Positions 42,027 through 53,714 of a DNA stretch of 64,000 nt are shown in pieces. The position numbers were made by a program, and so were the translations under genes. The DNA is from an uncultured Verrucomicrobiae bacterium (GTDB lineage: Bacteria; Verrucomicrobiota; Verrucomicrobiia; Limisphaerales; Palsa-1400). The stretch spans positions 164,082 to 228,081 of the forward strand of contig CAVPOM010000017.1 of the NCBI GenBank assembly GCA_963707025.1. The letters are read 5' to 3'. The notes beneath the pieces are model-generated. The model was not told the origin of the DNA. It made no database searches and saw only the letters and a list, made by a program, of their open reading frames with translations. Position 1 is the first letter of the stretch. Each line of letters begins with the position of its first letter.

Positions 42027-43925
42027 ATGAAAACGAATGAAGTTATTCAAGTCGCGCTGTTCTTCGGACTACTGATCGGCCTGACTCCGCTCCTGGGCCG
42101 CTTCATGGCGCGGGTCTTTCAAGGCCAGAAGACCTTCCTCCATCCGCTGCTGCGGCCGGTGGAAAGAATGGTCTATTGGGCGGGCGGGGTGGAGGAGCGG
42201 GGCGAAATGTCCTGGAAAACATATTTCCTGGCGGTGCTGGTCTTCAACGTGGTCGGCCTGCTCTCGCTGATGGGGCTGGAGATGACCCAGAAGTGGCTGC
42301 CGCTCAATCCGCAACATTTCGACAACGTTCCCTGGGCGCTGGCGCTGAACACGGCCGTCAGTTTCATCACCAACACCAACTGGCAGGCCTACTCCGGCGA
42401 AAACACCATGAGTTGCCTGACGCAGATGGCCGGGCTGGCCGTTCACAATTTCCTCAGCGCCGCCACGGGCATCGCCGTCCTCCTGGCCGTCACGCGCGGA
42501 TTGAAACGCGCCTCCGCCGCAACCCTGGGCAATTTCTGGGTGGACCTCACGCGCGCCACCCTCTATGTGCTCCTGCCGCTGTCGGTGGTTCTCGCCACGG
42601 CGTTGAGCGCCCAGGGTGTCGTGCAGAATTTCAAGCCGTACGCCACCGCCAACCTGTTGGAGTCTTACACGGCCCAAGCCGGGACCAACGATGCCAAGGG
42701 ACAGCCGATCATGACCAATATCGCCGTCACCGTGTCGGCGCCGGTGCTGGACGCCCAGGGCAAGACGGTCCTGTCCAACGGCGCGCCCGTCATGGCGGAT
42801 GTGCCGCAGAAAGACGCCAAAGGCAATGTGGTGATGACAAATGTTCCGGTGATGGTTGAGACGCAGGTAACCACCCAACCGATCCCGACCGGCCCGGCGG
42901 CCTCGCAGATCGCCATCAAACAGCTCGGCACCAATGGCGGCGGATTCTTCGGCCAGAACAGCGCCCATCCCTTTGAGAACCCGACCCCGCTGACCAACCT
43001 TTTGGAGATGCTGGGCCTGATCATTATTCCGGCGGGGCTGGTCTATTCCTTTGGCGTGATGATTGGCGACCGCCGCCACGCCTGGTGTTTGTTCGGCGTG
43101 ATGCTGGCCTTGCTGGTGGGAGAATTCGCGCTGGCCTGGCACTCTGAGTCACAGCCCAACCCCGTCATAGCCGGCGCGCAATCGTTGATGGAAGGAAAGG
43201 AACAACGGTTCGGCATCATGAACAGCGTGCTTTGGGCGGTGGCGACCACCGGCACCTCGTGCGGGGCGGTCAACTCCATGCACGACAGCCTCACTCCGCT
43301 GGCCGGCCTGGCGCCGCTGTGGAATCTGATGCTCGGCTGCATCGTCTTCGGCGGCGTGGGCGCCGGGTTATATGGCATCCTCATGCATGTCTTGATCGCG
43401 GTCTTTATCGCCGGGCTGATGATCGGGCGCACGCCGGAATATCTGGGCAAGAAAATTCAGGCTTGGGACGCCACCTGGGCGATCATCGCCATCCTGGCGC
43501 CGAGCATTCTTATTCTGGCCGGTTCGGCCCTCGCGTGCAGCGTGCCGGCCGGCCTGGCCGGCTTGAACAATCTGGGTCCGCATGGTTTGAGCGAAATCCT
43601 TTACGGCTACGCCTCCGCGTCGGCCAACAATGGCAGCGCCTTCGCGGGGTTGAACGCCAACAGCAACTTCTACAATCTGACGCTGGGGGCGGCGATGTTT
43701 CTCGGCCGGTTTGTGGTGGCGCTGGCGGTGCTGGCCATCGCCGGCAACCTGGCCGCCAAAAAGACGGTGCCCGCCTCGCCCGGAACCCTGCCGACCAACA
43801 ACCTCACTTTCGCCTGCGTCTTGTTCGGGGTGATCGTCATTATCGCCGCCCTGACCTTCTTTCCCTGCTTGTGCCTGGGCCCGATTGCCGAGCACGGCCT
43901 GATGCAGGCGGCGCGCACTTTCTAA
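42027..43925 (+). CDS. kdpA: K+-transporting ATPase subunit A
   Basis: [47 protein letters not shown]. Confidence 0.96.
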   Translation: MKTNEVIQVALFFGLLIGLTPLLGRFMARVFQGQKTFLHPLLRPVERMVYWAGGVEERGEMSWKTYFLAVLVFNVVGLLSLMGLEMTQKWLPLNPQHFDNVPWALALNTAVSFITNTNWQAYSGENTMSCLTQMAGLAVHNFLSAATGIAVLLAVTRGLKRASAATLGNFWVDLTRATLYVLLPLSVVLATALSAQGVVQNFKPYATANLLESYTAQAGTNDAKGQPIMTNIAVTVSAPVLDAQGKTVLSNGAPVMADVPQKDAKGNVVMTNVPVMVETQVTTQPIPTGPAASQIAIKQLGTNGGGFFGQNSAHPFENPTPLTNLLEMLGLIIIPAGLVYSFGVMIGDRRHAWCLFGVMLALLVGEFALAWHSESQPNPVIAGAQSLMEGKEQRFGIMNSVLWAVATTGTSCGAVNSMHDSLTPLAGLAPLWNLMLGCIVFGGVGAGLYGILMHVLIAVFIAGLMIGRTPEYLGKKIQAWDATWAIIAILAPSILILAGSALACSVPAGLAGLNNLGPHGLSEILYGYASASANNGSAFAGLNANSNFYNLTLGAAMFLGRFVVALAVLAIAGNLAAKKTVPASPGTLPTNNLTFACVLFGVIVIIAALTFFPCLCLGPIAEHGLMQAARTF

Positions 43926-43944
43926 AATCCGACCCGCAAGAATT

Positions 43945-46029
43945 ATGAGCACAAAAGCCGGAGTCAAATATTCCTCCCTGGTCAAACAGGCGGTCCTGGA
44001 TTCGTTCAAGAAGCTCAACCCGCGCGACGAATTCAAGAACCTGGTCATGTTCGTCGTTTATGTCGGCTCCATCTGGACGACCGTGTACCTTTTCTTTCCA
44101 GGAAATTTAAACAGGTTCAACCTCCAGATCTGCCTCTGGCTCTGGTTCACCTGCCTGTTCGCCAATTTTGCCGAGGCCATGGCCGAGGGCCGCGGCAAGG
44201 CCCACGCCGACGAGCTGCGCAAGATGCGCACGAAAACTATGGCCCGCAAACTGGACAACGGCAAGGAAGTCTCCGTGCCCGGCAACGATTTGAAAATCGG
44301 CGAACGCTTCGTCTGTGAAACCGGCGACTTCATTCCCGCCGACGGCGAAATCGTCGAGGGCATCGCCACGGTGGATGAATCCGCCATCACCGGCGAGTCC
44401 GCCCCCGTCGTGCGCGAAAGCGGCGGCGACCGCAGCGCCGTCACCGGCGGCACCCGCGTCATCAGCGACCGCATCGTGGTGCGCGTCACGGCCGAGGCCG
44501 GCCATTCATTTCTGGACAGAATGATCGGCATGATCGAAGGGGCGCGCCGGCAAAAGACGCCCAATGAAATCGCTCTGAACATCGTGCTGATCAGCCTGAC
44601 GGCCTTGTTCATCCTGGTGGTTTACACGCTCCCGCCCTTTGCCCATTACAACGAAGCCCAGGCCGGGCAGAAGGACGCCGTCCTGACTTCTGCGCCGGTG
44701 CTGCTCGCGCTCATCGTCTGCCTGATTCCCACCACCATCGGCGGCCTGCTCAGCGCCATCGGCATCGCCGGCATTGACCGCCTGATGCGCCGCAACGTCC
44801 TGGCCACCAGCGGGCGGGCGGTGGAGGCGGCGGGCGACGTGGACGTTCTTCTTCTTGATAAGACCGGCACCATCACCCTGGGCAACCGCATGGCCACCGA
44901 GTTCATTCCCGCCCCGGGCGTGAAAATTGAGGAATTGGCCGATGCCTCGCAAATGGCTTCGCTGGCCGACGAAACCCCGGAAGGCCGCTCCATCGCCGTG
45001 CTGGCCAAGGAAAAATACGGCTTGCGCGGGCGCGATGTCGCGACGCCCCACGCCCAATTTGTTCCCTTCACCGCCCAAACCCGCATGAGCGGCGTGGATC
45101 TGGGCGACGGCAACGGCGGGGTCAAACACCGCATCCGCAAAGGCGCGGCCGAATCGGTTTTCCAATTCGTCGAGCAACAGGGCGGCGTGCGGGACAAGGC
45201 CGTTTCTGCCACCGTGGAGGAAGTCGCCGGTTCGGGCGCCACCCCTTTGGTGGTGGCCGATAACGCGCGCATTCTCGGCGTCATCCGCCTCAAGGATATT
45301 GTCAAGGGCGGCATCAAGGAACGCTTCGCCCAGCTTCGCAAAATGGGCGTTCGCACCATCATGATCACCGGCGACAACAATCTCACGGCCGCCGCCATCG
45401 CCGCCGAGGCGGGGGTGGACGATTTCATCGCCCAGGCCAAGCCGGAGGACAAGCTGGCCCGCATCCGCAAGGAGCAGGAGGGGGGCAAATTGATCGCCAT
45501 GATCGGCGACGGCACCAACGACGCCCCGGCCCTGGCCCAGGCTGACGTGGGCGTGGCCATGAACACCGGCACCCAGGCCGCGCGCGAGGCCGGCAACATG
45601 GTGGACCTGGACAGCAGCCCCACCAAGCTGATCGAAGTGGTGGAAATCGGCAAGCAACTGCTCATGACCCGGGGCGCGTTGACCACCTTCAGCATCGCCA
45701 ACGACGTCTCCAAATACTTCGCCATCCTCCCCGCCATGTTCGGCGTCCTTTACGCCGCCAAGGCCGGCGAACACGGCCCGCTGGACAAGCTCAATATCAT
45801 GTATCTGCATTCGCCGCAAAGCGCCATCCTCAGCGCCGTCATCTTCAACACCCTCATCATCGTCGCCTTGATTCCGCTGGCCTTGCGCGGCGTCAAGTAC
45901 AAGCCGCTCGGCGCCGCCGTCATCCTGCGCAATAACATGCTCATTTACGGCGTCGGCGGCATCATCGTGCCCTTCATCTTCATCAAACTGCTGGACCTCA
46001 TTTTGGTCGCCGCCCATCTGGTCAATTAA
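43945..46029 (+). CDS. kdpB: K+-transporting ATPase subunit B
   Basis: [32 protein letters not shown]. Confidence 0.97.
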   Translation: MSTKAGVKYSSLVKQAVLDSFKKLNPRDEFKNLVMFVVYVGSIWTTVYLFFPGNLNRFNLQICLWLWFTCLFANFAEAMAEGRGKAHADELRKMRTKTMARKLDNGKEVSVPGNDLKIGERFVCETGDFIPADGEIVEGIATVDESAITGESAPVVRESGGDRSAVTGGTRVISDRIVVRVTAEAGHSFLDRMIGMIEGARRQKTPNEIALNIVLISLTALFILVVYTLPPFAHYNEAQAGQKDAVLTSAPVLLALIVCLIPTTIGGLLSAIGIAGIDRLMRRNVLATSGRAVEAAGDVDVLLLDKTGTITLGNRMATEFIPAPGVKIEELADASQMASLADETPEGRSIAVLAKEKYGLRGRDVATPHAQFVPFTAQTRMSGVDLGDGNGGVKHRIRKGAAESVFQFVEQQGGVRDKAVSATVEEVAGSGATPLVVADNARILGVIRLKDIVKGGIKERFAQLRKMGVRTIMITGDNNLTAAAIAAEAGVDDFIAQAKPEDKLARIRKEQEGGKLIAMIGDGTNDAPALAQADVGVAMNTGTQAAREAGNMVDLDSSPTKLIEVVEIGKQLLMTRGALTTFSIANDVSKYFAILPAMFGVLYAAKAGEHGPLDKLNIMYLHSPQSAILSAVIFNTLIIVALIPLALRGVKYKPLGAAVILRNNMLIYGVGGIIVPFIFIKLLDLILVAAHLVN

Positions 46030-46052
46030 TACCGAACCATCCCCGCTAATTT

Positions 46053-46667
46053 ATGAAACTCCTCATCCAATCCATTCGCCAGACGGTCCTTTGGACGATT
46101 CTCTGCGGCCTGGCCTATCCCGCCGCCATGACACTTATTGCCCAACTGGCTTTCCCGGAGCAAGCCAACGGCAGCCTCGTCCGGCGCGAGGGCAAAATCA
46201 TCGGCTCCTCCCTCCTCGCCCAGCAATTCACCGGCTCCAACTACTTCTGGCCACGGCCCTCCGCCTGCTCTTACGGCACGGGCGCCGCCGGATTGGTCCC
46301 CTCCGGCGCCAGCAACCTGGGGCCGACCAGCGGGCAGTTGCAAACCAACGTCCAGAACAACACCGCCGCCTTCCTCAGCGCCAACAACCTGCCCACCAAC
46401 ACTCCGGTGCCGGCCGACATGGTGTTTGCCTCCGCCAGCGGACTGGATCCTCACATCAGCCCGGAAGCGGCGCACTTGCAAATCGCCCGCGTCGCCGCCG
46501 CCCGCGGCCTCAGCCTGGACAAGGTCTCTGTCCTGGTGGACAAATTCAAGGAGGGTTCCCAATGGGGCTTTCTCGGCGAGCCGCGCGTCAACGTCCTTCT
46601 CCTCAATTTGGCCCTGGATGAGATGGACCCTAAGAAGCCCGCGCCGGCTGTCCCCGCCAAGACCTAG
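46053..46667 (+). CDS. kdpC: K+-transporting ATPase subunit C
   Basis: QANGS, YFWPRPSA, SGASNLGP, SASGLDPHIS, EPRVNVL.LNLALD. Confidence 0.95.
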   Translation: MKLLIQSIRQTVLWTILCGLAYPAAMTLIAQLAFPEQANGSLVRREGKIIGSSLLAQQFTGSNYFWPRPSACSYGTGAAGLVPSGASNLGPTSGQLQTNVQNNTAAFLSANNLPTNTPVPADMVFASASGLDPHISPEAAHLQIARVAAARGLSLDKVSVLVDKFKEGSQWGFLGEPRVNVLLLNLALDEMDPKKPAPAVPAKT

Positions 46668-46725
46668 GGATGGAGCTGTCCACGGGCGGATCGTAAGCCG
46701 ATGCCTGAGCTTCCGCCCTCCCCTT

Positions 46726-48312
46726 TCATTTCCTGGCATTCCAGACGGCCATCGTGTCGGCGGAGCCTTGGCTGCGCACCCCGTTGTCGGTCAGAATTTC
46801 CTCCGTCGCCGCCGCCATTTCCGCGCGGGGAAAAACCAGCGCTTCGCCGCTGCGATTGTCAAATTCAATGGAGATCATCTCGTCGTGGCAGTCGCGCAGG
46901 ACTTCGACCAGATGATCGAGGTTCTTGATGGCAATGCCGTTGACCGACTTGACCACTTCGGAGAGCGGGTTGGAATAGCCCTGGGCCAGTTTATGCGGAA
47001 AAAGAGGGGAGGAAACCACGACGAGACGTTCGCCCGGAAAGGCCTGCAGGTCCATGGCGCGCTTGAGCAGCGGGCTGCCGGAACTGATCAGGAAGCTGGT
47101 CCAAATTCCGCCTTCGCCGTGGGTCAGGCCCTGAAGGAACTCCCGCGTGGCCGTTGAAAACACCAACGGACCATAGACGAAGTAGGAGGGGTAAGCTCCG
47201 TCCAGCCCGCCCAGCACCACCGGGAGTTTGGACTGCACCGGCAGGTCCAGTTGCATTTCCCGGCCGGACCGGATGAGGGTGAGAGGGACTTTCCCGTTCC
47301 GGGCGGTTTTTTGCACCAGGTAAGTGAAGCGCAGGCGCAGGCTGCCGGATTTGATCATGCCTTCATCATCCACCGCCGTGTCGCCGATCCGGGTGATGAC
47401 GTCCCATTCCTTGAGCGGATAGGCCGGGTCCGGATTGCCCGGGCGGTGGACCACGATGCCATTGACGGATTTGTCCAGCTTAAGAAAGGCGCGCAAAGCG
47501 GGGTTTTCCAACGTCTGGCATTCTTCGAACATGGCCGGCTTGCCCTCGTGCTGGCCCGCCGCCACCGCTTGGAGGAACAATTCGATTTCCTCGCACGGAA
47601 TGATGTAGCCGATGTTCTCCGCGTTCTGCAGATGGCTGAAGGCCAGCCCGATCATCTTGTCGCCCACCGCCGCCGGCCCGCCGCTGTTGCCGGGATTGAT
47701 CGCCGCGTCAATCTGGATGCGCAAGCCGGAAACCGGGAAATTGTAGGGGGCAAACTCAATCCGGGAGACAATCCCTTTGGTGATGGAAAGGCTGGAGCCG
47801 CCGGTCGGGTAGCCGTACACCATCACCGCCTCCTTGATCTCCGGCAGCTTTTTCGCCCGCTCCAGCGGGGCGTGGGAGTCGAAAAAGGTCTCGTCATCCA
47901 GCTTCAGCACCGCCAGATCAATGCCGGGATCTATCGCCACCACGGTGGCCCCAATCTTGTCGCCGGCCTGGTTGGCCTGGATTTGCACCTGGCTGGCGTA
48001 ATGGACGACATGGGCGTTGGAAAGAATTCGCTTCCCCTCGATCACCACGCCCGAACCGGAAATCTCACTGGGCGAGTCCTTGGTCCACGGATGGAAATAA
48101 TCCGGATAACGCACCGTCGAGAACACTTTCACCACCGAGTTTTCCACCGCGTCATTCCGGGCGGCGGCCGGCGCCGCCGGGACGGCATTCGTCTCCGCCT
48201 TGTCATTTTGGGGCACGGCCCCGGCTGCTGCCAGCGGGAGGACGGAAACGCGCAACGCGGCGGCGGCGAGCAGACCAAAGAAGAGGGGGGAACAACGCGA
48301 TAAATCACACAT
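46726..48312 (-). CDS. HtrA/Deg-type serine protease with PDZ domains
   Basis: SNAHVV, DLAVL, AAINPGNSGG catalytic triad motifs; signal-like N-terminus. Confidence 0.88.
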   Translation of the reverse strand: MCDLSRCSPLFFGLLAAAALRVSVLPLAAAGAVPQNDKAETNAVPAAPAAARNDAVENSVVKVFSTVRYPDYFHPWTKDSPSEISGSGVVIEGKRILSNAHVVHYASQVQIQANQAGDKIGATVVAIDPGIDLAVLKLDDETFFDSHAPLERAKKLPEIKEAVMVYGYPTGGSSLSITKGIVSRIEFAPYNFPVSGLRIQIDAAINPGNSGGPAAVGDKMIGLAFSHLQNAENIGYIIPCEEIELFLQAVAAGQHEGKPAMFEECQTLENPALRAFLKLDKSVNGIVVHRPGNPDPAYPLKEWDVITRIGDTAVDDEGMIKSGSLRLRFTYLVQKTARNGKVPLTLIRSGREMQLDLPVQSKLPVVLGGLDGAYPSYFVYGPLVFSTATREFLQGLTHGEGGIWTSFLISSGSPLLKRAMDLQAFPGERLVVVSSPLFPHKLAQGYSNPLSEVVKSVNGIAIKNLDHLVEVLRDCHDEMISIEFDNRSGEALVFPRAEMAAATEEILTDNGVRSQGSADTMAVWNARK

Positions 48313-48415
48313 AAGCCCATGCTGAAGGCAAGCCTGCCCGGGCGCAACGAAAAATGCCGGGCCTTCCGCAAACGCGGGGCGCCTCTCAGCTATTTGGGCA
48401 GCCCCTCCTGGTTCT

Positions 48416-48473
48416 GATCTTAATCCTAATCCCACTGTCAAGATTAAAATTAAGATTGGGATTAAGATTAAGA
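48416..48473. repeat. inverted hexamer arrays, copy 3 (degenerate)
   Basis: TAATCC/AGATTA units between kdpE and the protease gene. Confidence 0.7.
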
Positions 48474-48483
48474 AAGGCGCAGC

Positions 48484-49194
48484 CTACCGGGCCGGCTCCC
48501 TCAGGCGGTAACCGATGCCGGCTTCGGTGATGAACAACTCCGGCTTGGCGGGATCGGCTTCCAGTTTCTCGCGGAGATGGGCCATATAGACGCGCAGGTA
48601 GAGATTGTGTTCGGCGGCCTTCGGTCCCCACACCTCGGTCAGCAACTGCCGGTGCGTCAGGACGCGCCCGGCGTTGCGAACGAACAGCGCCAGCAAGGAG
48701 TATTCCGTGGCGGTCAGCTTCACCGGCTGCCCGGCCACCGTCACCAAACGCCGCGCCAAATCCACCTCCAGCGGGCCGGAGCGGAAGACGGGCGCGTCCG
48801 CCCCGGCGTGGGCATGGCGCTGGGCCGCGCGCAGCCGCGCCAGCAGTTCATTGGCGGCAAAGGGTTTGGTCACGTAATCATCCGCCCCGGCGTCCAGCGC
48901 GGCCACCTTGTCCTCCTCGCGGTCGCGCACGGACAAGACGACGACCGGAACGCGGCTCCATTCCCGCAGGCGCTTGAGCACGGTCTCCCCGTCCATATCG
49001 GGCAGGCCGAGATCCAGCAGGATGATTTCCGGGCGGCATTGCGCGGCCTCGATCAATCCCTCCTCCCCGGTTTTGGCTTCATAAACCTGGTAGCCCTGGG
49101 CTTCCAGCATGATGCGCAGCAGACGGCGGATTTGCAGTTCATCATCAATGATGAGCGCCACCACGGATTTACCTTTATTGGCGGACGCGCTCAC
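48484..49194 (-). CDS. kdpE: OmpR-family response regulator KdpE
   Basis: IDDELQIRRLL, LLDLGLPDMDG, ALDAGADDYVTKPF, HRQLL.EVWG, YLRVYMAHLREKLE.DP..P. Confidence 0.85.
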   Translation of the reverse strand: MSASANKGKSVVALIIDDELQIRRLLRIMLEAQGYQVYEAKTGEEGLIEAAQCRPEIILLDLGLPDMDGETVLKRLREWSRVPVVVLSVRDREEDKVAALDAGADDYVTKPFAANELLARLRAAQRHAHAGADAPVFRSGPLEVDLARRLVTVAGQPVKLTATEYSLLALFVRNAGRVLTHRQLLTEVWGPKAAEHNLYLRVYMAHLREKLEADPAKPELFITEAGIGYRLREPAR

Positions 49195-49501
49195 CCCAAG
49201 ATAATGAAGGCGGTTTTTGACTTTCCCGCCAGTCCCGGTGCTGCCGTTTGTCTCCGGTTCAATCGCATGGGTGCCGTTCTATTGAGATTTGGACTGCAAA
49301 TCATTTATCACAGCAGCAGCCCTGTTGTCCATGAAGGTTGCGCGTTTTAATGGATTTATGATGGAATCCGCCAGCTTTCTGATTTCCCACTAATTGAATG
49401 GCGCTTAGATAAGGAATTCGGGTTCTTCGCTGCTTTCGGTGGATTTCTTCCGTCAGGACAACCGCTGGAAGTAGCGCAGGGTTCGCTCCCGAGCATTGCT
49501 C

Positions 49502-49588
49502 CGTTACAGCCGTTACATCGTTACACCTGTTGCACCACAAGCACTTACGCATTTTAGAGCCGTTACACCCCCGTTACATGCCGTTACA
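49502..49588. repeat. six CGTTACA direct repeats in a low-GC spacer
   Basis: Copies start at 49502, 49511, 49519, 49561, 49572, 49582. Confidence 0.8.
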
Positions 49589-49745
49589 TCTTCGGAGGTG
49601 TTAAAATACCCATGCTTTGCACAATATTATCGGTAACCCCTTCCAGCGCTGCCGTTTCCATGATGACGGCCATGCGGCGCTCGTGCTGCACGGCCGCCAG
49701 TTCAGCCCTCGCCGCACCTCCATGCCGTCGGCCACCATCCCTAAA

Positions 49746-50888
49746 CTACCTGTTAGGTACTGGCTTGACCCAGCCGGCCTGCCTGGCGCTGCGGTAGGCC
49801 GCTTCCATGACGCTGACCCGCGCGGCGGCTTCCCCTGGCGCGACCAGGTTCGGGGAGGGCTTGCCAGCCACCGCATCAACGAATTGATCCATCGGCTCGG
49901 GCAGAGGCGCGGGAAGTTTCGTCCACGGCTCCTTGCCGTCAGCCCCTTCGACCTTCTTGCAGGTGAAAAATAACTTGCCCCGGTCAATGTAGGCCTGGCC
50001 TTCCGTGCCGCTGATCATCAATGAAACCGGGTCGGCCAGGTCCACCCAGCCGGCGGCCAGTGTCCCCGTGATGCCGTTTTTGAATTTCAACAAGGCCTCG
50101 CCGGATTCGTCGCAGTCGCCGTAATTGCCCGTCACCACTTTAATGTCCGCCGCGACCGCGTCCACGCCGCCGAACATCCACATCAAAATGTCCAGGGAAT
50201 GAGTGCCCAGGTCGCCAAAGGCGCCGACGCCCGCGATTTTCGGATCGGCCATCCAGCGCCAGTCCGTGTCAAACCAGCGAGCCAGGGAGCCATTGTGGCA
50301 AGTGGAGCCGCGCACGCGCGTGATCTTGCCAAAAGCGCCCTGCTCCACCTGTTGCTTCAAAAACAGGATGGATGAGCCGGTGCGCATGGCATAGCCCGTG
50401 GTAAAAATAACGTGCGCCTTCTCCAGCGCCGCCGCCATGGCGTAGCTTTCCTGCGACCCGATGCCCATCGGTTTCTCGGCAAACACATGCTTGCCGGCGG
50501 CGGCGGCGGCCAAAACCAATTCAGGGTGGCGGTTGGTTTCCGAACAAATGACCACTGCTTTGACTTCGGGGTCGGCCCAAATCGTCTTGTCGTCATCCAC
50601 CACTTGGCCGCCCAGCGTGGCCGCTGCCTTGGTGGCGCGCGCGCGGTCATGGTCCCAGACATATTTTACGTTCACCTCCTTGCGCTGCTTCAAAAGGCGG
50701 ATGTAGTTGGGCGTGTGAATGTGGGCCGCGCCCGCCAGGGCGAACACCAGTTTGGGCGGATTCTCCTGCCCCAAGGCCGCCAGAGGCCCGCCCACCAGGG
50801 TGGCGGACGCGGCCGCCTGCCCTAGTGTCTTGATAAATTGCCGCCGGGCAAGCGGTGCGGAGATTTCTTCAGTCCGATTCAGGCTCAT
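49746..50888 (-). CDS. Tat-exported Gfo/Idh/MocA oxidoreductase
   Basis: RRQFIK twin-Arg signal, GKHVFAEKP, GAFGDLGTHSLD. Confidence 0.88.
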   Translation of the reverse strand: MSLNRTEEISAPLARRQFIKTLGQAAASATLVGGPLAALGQENPPKLVFALAGAAHIHTPNYIRLLKQRKEVNVKYVWDHDRARATKAAATLGGQVVDDDKTIWADPEVKAVVICSETNRHPELVLAAAAAGKHVFAEKPMGIGSQESYAMAAALEKAHVIFTTGYAMRTGSSILFLKQQVEQGAFGKITRVRGSTCHNGSLARWFDTDWRWMADPKIAGVGAFGDLGTHSLDILMWMFGGVDAVAADIKVVTGNYGDCDESGEALLKFKNGITGTLAAGWVDLADPVSLMISGTEGQAYIDRGKLFFTCKKVEGADGKEPWTKLPAPLPEPMDQFVDAVAGKPSPNLVAPGEAAARVSVMEAAYRSARQAGWVKPVPNR

Positions 50889-50905
50889 CGGCTGGGCGTG
50901 GCGTT

Positions 50906-51860
50906 TCAGGCCAAAAGGTTCTTGAGCAGGATCAGCGCGCTGCGGCGGACTTGCTCGGATTGGTTTTCCAAAACCCGGTACTGTTCAACCCATCCGGGAT
51001 TGGCCTGGCTGCGTTCGCACCAAAGGGATTTGAGGACGCGCTCGGTGCGTTCGACCTGTTGCAAGGCCGAAGCCAGGGACTCGCGGCCTTCCGGCAGGTC
51101 GGAGATGTCGCCGACGAAAAACCGGCTGATGCGCTGGCGGAAGGTCACCGCCTGCAACAACATCACCACCGTCTGTTCGTGGGCATACCAGCGGCGCCGC
51201 AGGGCCTCGCCCAGGAAACCGTGCCGCACGGCGAAAAACTCCGAGCGCGGGCGCTGGGTGTATTGGCGGATCTGCTGCGCCTCGGCTGGAAACCAGTTGT
51301 AGAGCAGGGCGAAGGTTCCGTAGGTGTCAATCAGTTGCTTGGAGTTGTCGTGGCTGGTCTCGATCTCCCCGATGCACAAGTCCTGCTTCTGTTCCAGGCA
51401 GATTTCCGGCAAGAGGTGCAGCCGGCAAAGGATTTCCAGGCCGACCGGAGTGCCATAATTGAAGTCGCCGGGGATCAGCCAGTACCACATCCTCCTCCCC
51501 GCCTTCCTCAAAGGCCTGGCCCAGCCCCGAGTACCACATCTGACAGGTGTCCACGCACCACGCGTCCAGGATTCTGGAGTGGCGGGCCACGGCGTTTTGC
51601 CGGAAATCCAGGTAGCGTTGGTTGGCTTCGTTGGCGAAATGGGTCTTGCGGTCCAGCACGGTGATGGGCTGGGTGTATTTTTTGGTTTCCGCGCCCAAAC
51701 GGGCCACCAACTGGTAAAGCGGTTCCAGGTCGGCGTAATCGTCCGGTTGCTGGAAGGGATAAATAACCACGGGATGAATTCGGCCGCCCGGCGCGGCCGC
51801 GGATTTGGTCTTGGGGGACGCGGGTTGTTCTGCCGGTTTGGCGGCCGCCGTGGTGTTCAT
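50906..51860 (-). CDS. hypothetical protein; frameshift near 51500
   Basis: ORFs 51327-51860 and 50906-51511 join at EEGGEED|V.YWLIPGDF; coding-like codon usage. Confidence 0.55.
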
Positions 51861-51898
51861 GGCTCGATTATAAACGAAGGCGGCCGTGTTTCAAGGCG

Positions 51899-53077
51899 TT
51901 ATCTTTGGTAAACCGGCAGCAGTTGGTAGGGCGGGGTCAGCGAGAGCACCGCCAGCGCCGTTGTCAATTCATCGCCAAACTCGGCCAGATCCGGTTCCGA
52001 CCGCCAGGAACCGTTCGGCGATTGGGCTTTCACAATAAGTTCCGCCATCGGCGGATACATTTGCTGCCAGTAGCGCCCGCCCAGTTGGGCCGCCGCCTGG
52101 CTCCAGTAAAAGGTGCTATAGATGAATTTGTCGTGGCCTCCCAGGATCTCCCCATACCCGCGGTAGGGATGGGCCAGCAGCCAGTCGCCCGCCGCCTGCG
52201 CCATCTTGGTTTGATGTTGTCCCGCCATGGCCAGCGAAACAATGCCGGCGCCCGTCAAGCCGCGGCCCATCCCATTCTCACCCGCCCCGGCGGCGGCGTA
52301 GGTGAAGCCTCCCGCCTTTTCATTCCAGCAGCGGCGGACGAAGGCCATGGCCTCGTCCACATATTGCTGCGGCACGTCGAACTCCGAGTTCCGGGCCGAG
52401 CGCAGAAACATAAGCTGCCACGCCGTCACCGAAAGATCCGAGTCCGGGGAACCGTTCACCCGCAGATAGCGCCAGCCCCCCCGATCTTCCGCCGCTTTGG
52501 AACGGGTCTGGAGAACGCGGGTGAATTGCAGGGCCTTCTCGATCGCTTGTCTGACCGCCTCGGCCCGCGGGCCGGCCGCCTGCCCGTATACCTCGGCCAG
52601 CATCAGGCCGGAGATGCCATGATTATAGGACGCGGTGTGGGAGGCCCGGCGCATCTGATACACCGGGGCGGGGGCCGCGTAGGAGAACAAGCCGTCCGGC
52701 CTCTGGCAGGCGATGACAAAATCAATGGCCCGATTGAGTTGCCGGCCATAAGGTCCAACCCCCGGCTGATGCCCCCGGGACAAAAAGGCCATCACCGCCA
52801 GGCTCGTCACCGCCGGCTGCCCCTGGGGCAAGGTGGGAAATGAGCCGTCCGCCGCCTGCCGCGATGCCAGCCAAGCCAAAGCCCGGTCCACGCCATTCTC
52901 CACCTGACGCCATTGGGCGGCGGGCAACACCGCCGCCAAGGGCGGGGTCGTGCCCGCCGCAACCGGGATCTCGTGCGCGCCGCCGTCTCCCGCCCGCGCC
53001 GCCGCGGCGGAAAACATGAGCAAAGCCAGAAGAACGGGCGCCCGGCCGCGGCCCTGGTTTTGTTGACAATGGTCCAT
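51899..53077 (-). CDS. secreted prenyltransferase/squalene-cyclase repeat protein
   Basis: ALAWLASRQAADGSF, GGWRY, SDLSVTAWQ, QSPNGSW repeats. Confidence 0.8.
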   Translation of the reverse strand: MDHCQQNQGRGRAPVLLALLMFSAAAARAGDGGAHEIPVAAGTTPPLAAVLPAAQWRQVENGVDRALAWLASRQAADGSFPTLPQGQPAVTSLAVMAFLSRGHQPGVGPYGRQLNRAIDFVIACQRPDGLFSYAAPAPVYQMRRASHTASYNHGISGLMLAEVYGQAAGPRAEAVRQAIEKALQFTRVLQTRSKAAEDRGGWRYLRVNGSPDSDLSVTAWQLMFLRSARNSEFDVPQQYVDEAMAFVRRCWNEKAGGFTYAAAGAGENGMGRGLTGAGIVSLAMAGQHQTKMAQAAGDWLLAHPYRGYGEILGGHDKFIYSTFYWSQAAAQLGGRYWQQMYPPMAELIVKAQSPNGSWRSEPDLAEFGDELTTALAVLSLTPPYQLLPVYQR

Positions 53078-53714
53078 CTCAGCGCTGATCCACGGGCCAC
53101 AGTTGATAGGCCAGGTTGAAGCGCGAAGCCAGCTTGAAAGGAGCAATCCCCAGGGACTGGAGTGAGACAAAATTCTTCAAAATCCCCAAAGAAACCCTTT
53201 CCCCCCATCCGGCAGGCGCGCCAGCGATGTCATCCGCCCGGCCGGCCATCCGTGCGGCGTTTCGCCACGACATTCGCTCCGCCCGGCTGGGGAAGGCTGC
53301 CTCCTCCATCCGCGCTTGGGCCGCGCTCCACTCCGTAATGGAAGCCCGTTTCATCTTCGTATGCAATGGGAACATGCCTTTTGAGCATGGCGTCTCGAAC
53401 CCTGCGCAGATGGGCAAACAGCGGCCGTGTCAAGCAACGCTGCAAAACTTGTCTCAAACCCCACATCCCTCGTTTGATCCCCCATGGCTGTAAGGAGCGT
53501 AAAACGTGCATGGCGCTGCTGGTCCGATTTCTCTCTGCTGTTTTGCGATACTGCTTTCAGCCGGGAGCCTGCACGAGTAAAATGTATTCTTTCTTGTTCA
53601 CGCCTTATGCGCCGGTTATTCACATGGCACCTGTTGACAAAAAAAGCCGGGGCCGGCAACTGACGGTGAGTAAGGCAAGAAAGTTGATCCTCCATGGGCG
53701 GGACGCGCCGACCG

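Noticed and set aside
53230..53463. Small ORF containing PIAYEDETGFHYG
   Set aside because: Plausibly a real small protein, but start and family cannot be supported from sequence alone.
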